From assembly GCA_031835245.2 (NCBI GenBank), contig JAVKOQ020000029.1, positions 186,001 through 250,000 of the forward strand: DNA of 64,000 bases. Reading direction: 5' to 3'. This DNA is from Balamuthia mandrillaris (Eukaryota). How positions within the stretch are numbered: position 1 is the stretch's first letter; every line of letters begins with the position of its first letter. A program made the position numbers and the translations under genes. Below the pieces are notes generated by a model. It was given only the letters and a program-made list of their open reading frames with translations. It had not been told where the DNA came from and ran no database searches. Of the stretch, positions 61,001 through 64,000 are shown one piece after another.

Positions 61001-64000
61001 AGAAACAACGCGACGAATGGCCTTGCAACGACTTTATAAAGTAATCACCATACCTCCTGACATTCGCGAAGAAGAGTTTGAATCAAAACGGCAACAAGTG
61101 GTATCTATTTTCGGTCCTTTCCATTCTCAGAGCGACCGCTTTGTAATAACCGAAATTATTTGTTACATTCTGATGTTAGAACTCTAAAATGGAGGGTATT
61201 GTGGAGGCGTGGTATAAGAACAGCGATATCGCGCAACGTACTTCTGGTTCTCAAAAGACCTCAGAAGATCAACCCGACTTTTCCAAGCTGGTGCGGCCTC
61301 CTTGTGTCATATTATCCTTAACGAACAGTAGATACTAACCAATCACAACCGCAGTCATTTAAGGAGGTTAGAAAGTTGCATAAACGTATTCTAAATCCGC
61401 CAAATCAAATTCTCATTGACCTTTATCGAGAAGCAGTTGCTTGCACTCCTTTGGTAGGTCTTGTTCACGTTTGTCATTTTGCATTGTTTTCATTCTTTAT
61501 TGTTGTGACACAAAAACCTAGTTGCTACCAAATGGAATCATTGCAATGATGACCAATCCAAACGAATCGCTCACCAAGATCCTGATACACAACGTGGACG
61601 AGTTGGCTTGCATTGCGTCTCATGCCCTCCAGAACATTCTGATTAGTTCTCCAGCTCACCGTTCTGCCATTCTTCAGGTTGCGTTTCAGTTTATTTTGTT
61701 GTTTTGTTGTTATGCTTTCTTGATCCTCACCACTTTAATTAGGGGGTTGTTAACGTGACCATGGCCCAGAAATCTTATGAAGAAACAACCTGCTTGTACA
61801 CTCTCTTTTCGCAGCTCCTCTTATTTACTGATATCTGTATCGAACGTCAATATGCAGAGAAATTCACTTCCTCTCAACAAACCTTCTCTCCACCTTCTTT
61901 GCATGAGGTTCGTTTTCATTTCTTTACCTGATCCTGTTGAACTCACTGGCTTCGTTGCTCTTTTTTCATCTTGTTTTGTCATTTTCAGGGCGAAGCAATT
62001 GCCTTGCTACATCTTTGCCATCCTAATCCTGACATAAGACGACTGTGTCTTAAGTTTCTTCACGCGTGGAGCGTGCTTTGCAGTTCACATGATGAGACGA
62101 GGTAATAGTGGTCCTTGTCTTGCACTATTTCTAATTATGATTCTGACAAGTATTCTACTTTGCAGTGCCTCACAAATATTATGTGCTCAGAAAGAAGCCA
62201 TCATTCAAAAGGCCCGTTTTAGATTCCTATTAAATGCAGCAGAGGGAATTAGCAGCTCTGTATTGGTGGTGGGTACTCTGAATCGAATTTGGAAGCTCTG
62301 TTTTGTTACTCATATTTGATTTTCCTATGTCATTTTCTTTTTTTTAAACAAATTCAGAGCCATGATAGTCCTATTCCCAGCATAAAAGAAATAGCCATGT
62401 CTGATCAGACGGAGCTTTGGGCTTATATCCTTTGTGAGATTGGTAGAGCTTGTGTGGAGATGGTTTGTAGAGAATGTTTTTTCTCTTCGTTGCTAATCAC
62501 GCTGTCATTCCTAGGGTCATGAGAAGACACTTGGCATTGTGCGTCGCTTACTGGAGGAACGCTTACAAAGTCTTCCAGCCTTGCCAATGGAAGAAACCCC
62601 AGAACTGGCAAAGAAACGTGGTTTTTCTCATATCCTTGTTCATTCTTTCTTTTTTGTTTAACGTAGAAGTTTAAGGCGTTATGATTCTTTAACTCTTTCG
62701 CACATTATCACATTTGGAGGAACTATGAAGCGCTCTATTTTGCTATAGCAGGAAGGGCAAGCGGTCCTTCCAGTAAGGCATTGTGGGAGCCGTACTTCCT
62801 TCCAGAGGAGCAGGAACTGACTCCCACTGAAAAGAAAGAGCTGTACACCATACGACAAAGGCTGATGCTTCATATTTCTTCCCTCTTGCCAGTGGTTCTT
62901 TCCGAGGTAGAATGGGTGCCAGAGGGTATTGTGCTAGCATGTGGTTCCATTCACTGGACTTGCACTAGCACACTAGTCGGTTCGCTGTTTCAATGGTACA
63001 CTGACGGAAAGCATTCAAAAAAGAAGAACAACAAAGCATGGACGGTTATGGCTCGGATATTACGGTAAGTTTCTTTCAAGCGAGATGTTATATGTATCCT
63101 GGTTGTAACCTCTTTTTTTTTTCCTGGTTCAGTCATATTGCCCAAGAGCCCAGTTTTAGGGTTGCCGTTCAAAAGGAACTCTTTCCCACACACTCTTCCT
63201 CTCCTCCTTCTGCTAAGACCAGAAAGAGCATCACTACTCCACCTCCAAGTATCCTTCAATTGCCCTCAACCCCCACGCCAACCACCTCTCCACTTTCGTC
63301 TCCTTCTTCTACTGCTCCTGCTCCTGTCCCTGCCCCTGCCCCTACTTCTGTTTCTATCACATCCTCCACCTCCGCTTCTACGCCCTCTGTTCCCGCCTTA
63401 TCCTCTTCCTCTTCCGGACCAGCTCCTTCTTCATCCACCAACCCAGCCATCTCTCACTCAGCCAAGTCATCTATCGACTTGGGACAAACCGTCTTTTCTA
63501 CAATTCCTCCCACCAGTACCATTTCCTCTGCTGCTGGTGGTCTCTCTGTGTCTTCAACTGGCGTTCAAACAGCATCAGCACCCTCACCACAAAATCCTAC
63601 TACAGGACCTCCTTCAGGAATCTTTTCCTCAAGCGGACCTCTCCTTACCTCTTCTTCCCACGGCTCTCCTTCGTCCTCTGCGTTTTCTACTATTTCTGCC
63701 GCTTCTTCTTCCTCCGCTGCCCAACAATACAACCGCCATTACTCAGCAGACTCGGGTGTAGTGTCTGTTCATGCCATAGTAGATATGTACATACGATTTT
63801 TGGCAGAGCTGCCTTCCGTTATGAAAGATATGGGCAAAGGCAGCGCGTTGCTCACTTCTTCGCCGCGAGCTGCTGGCTTTGCTGACAATGCCTTGTTAGT
63901 GAACTATCTGGCCTTAGCTCTGCATGAGCCTACCCTCTATGCTCTACGGGGTCCATTGCGACTCTCTGTCACACCCTCTACTCGCAGATGGTCCGCCAGC
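58053..64000 (+). CDS. Furry/Mor2/Tao3-like large helical scaffold, 5' part (continues beyond the window)
   Basis: FGAVAKHCLEDTVKLLLQW; WAVILSKLS; LSCLLRLL; LIGLRALRTI; LYREAVACTPL|LPNG; IHNVDELACIASHALQNIL; EAIALLHLCHPNPDIRRLCL; IWRNY. Confidence 0.75.
62630..62703 (+). other. U12-type AT-AC intron
   Basis: 5' splice site ATATCCTT; branch site TTCTTTAAC (62685-62693); ends CGCAC; splicing gives KKRGFS-H-YHIWRNYEAL in frame. Confidence 0.82.

Noticed and set aside
62425..62433. Other RTATCCTT matches (62425, 63249, about 17830, about 33768, about 2240)
   Set aside because: They lie inside open coding exons (AYIL, PSIL, TYPS, QYPW) or inside an ordinary GT-AG intron, with no matching branch site and acceptor.
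1..64000. tRNA, rRNA, snoRNA or transposase genes
   Set aside because: None recognised by eye; small ncRNAs cannot be excluded without tRNAscan-SE or Infernal.

Overview
Gene-dense, intron-rich eukaryotic nuclear DNA. Short introns packed with (CT)n/(GAA)n microsatellites and a mix of plant-like and animal-like gene families suggest a free-living amoeba (Amoebozoa); the taxon is an inference. I can support about 22 protein-coding genes: a Nudix hydrolase, GABA transaminase, methylmalonyl-CoA epimerase, a class IV aminotransferase, a partial-HMG protein, a Tim21/Coa1-like protein, a WW-WW-FYVE-ARM protein, HBS1, a GGACT/AIG2 enzyme, a CLoG1-like protein, a Claspin-like protein, a MYND protein, a DH-PH-SH3 RhoGEF, a YqaJ nuclease, a type I membrane protein, Nup96, two head-to-head ABCA half-transporters, ORC5, a TPP1/Est3-like protein, CDC40/PRP17 and the 5' part of a Furry-like gene. 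Main findings from manual splicing: (1) three well-supported U12 (minor spliceosome) introns, two of them AT-AC; (2) a skippable 990-nt exon in HBS1 carrying Ski7-type exosome motifs and a five-fold repeated motif; (3) a shelterin TPP1/Est3-type OB fold that the ORF track misses; (4) E2F sites upstream of both replication genes; (5) a Nup96 gene with a frame break and a missing core. All family assignments come from motif recognition by eye; no database searches were run. No rRNA, tRNA, CRISPR array or transposon was recognised.
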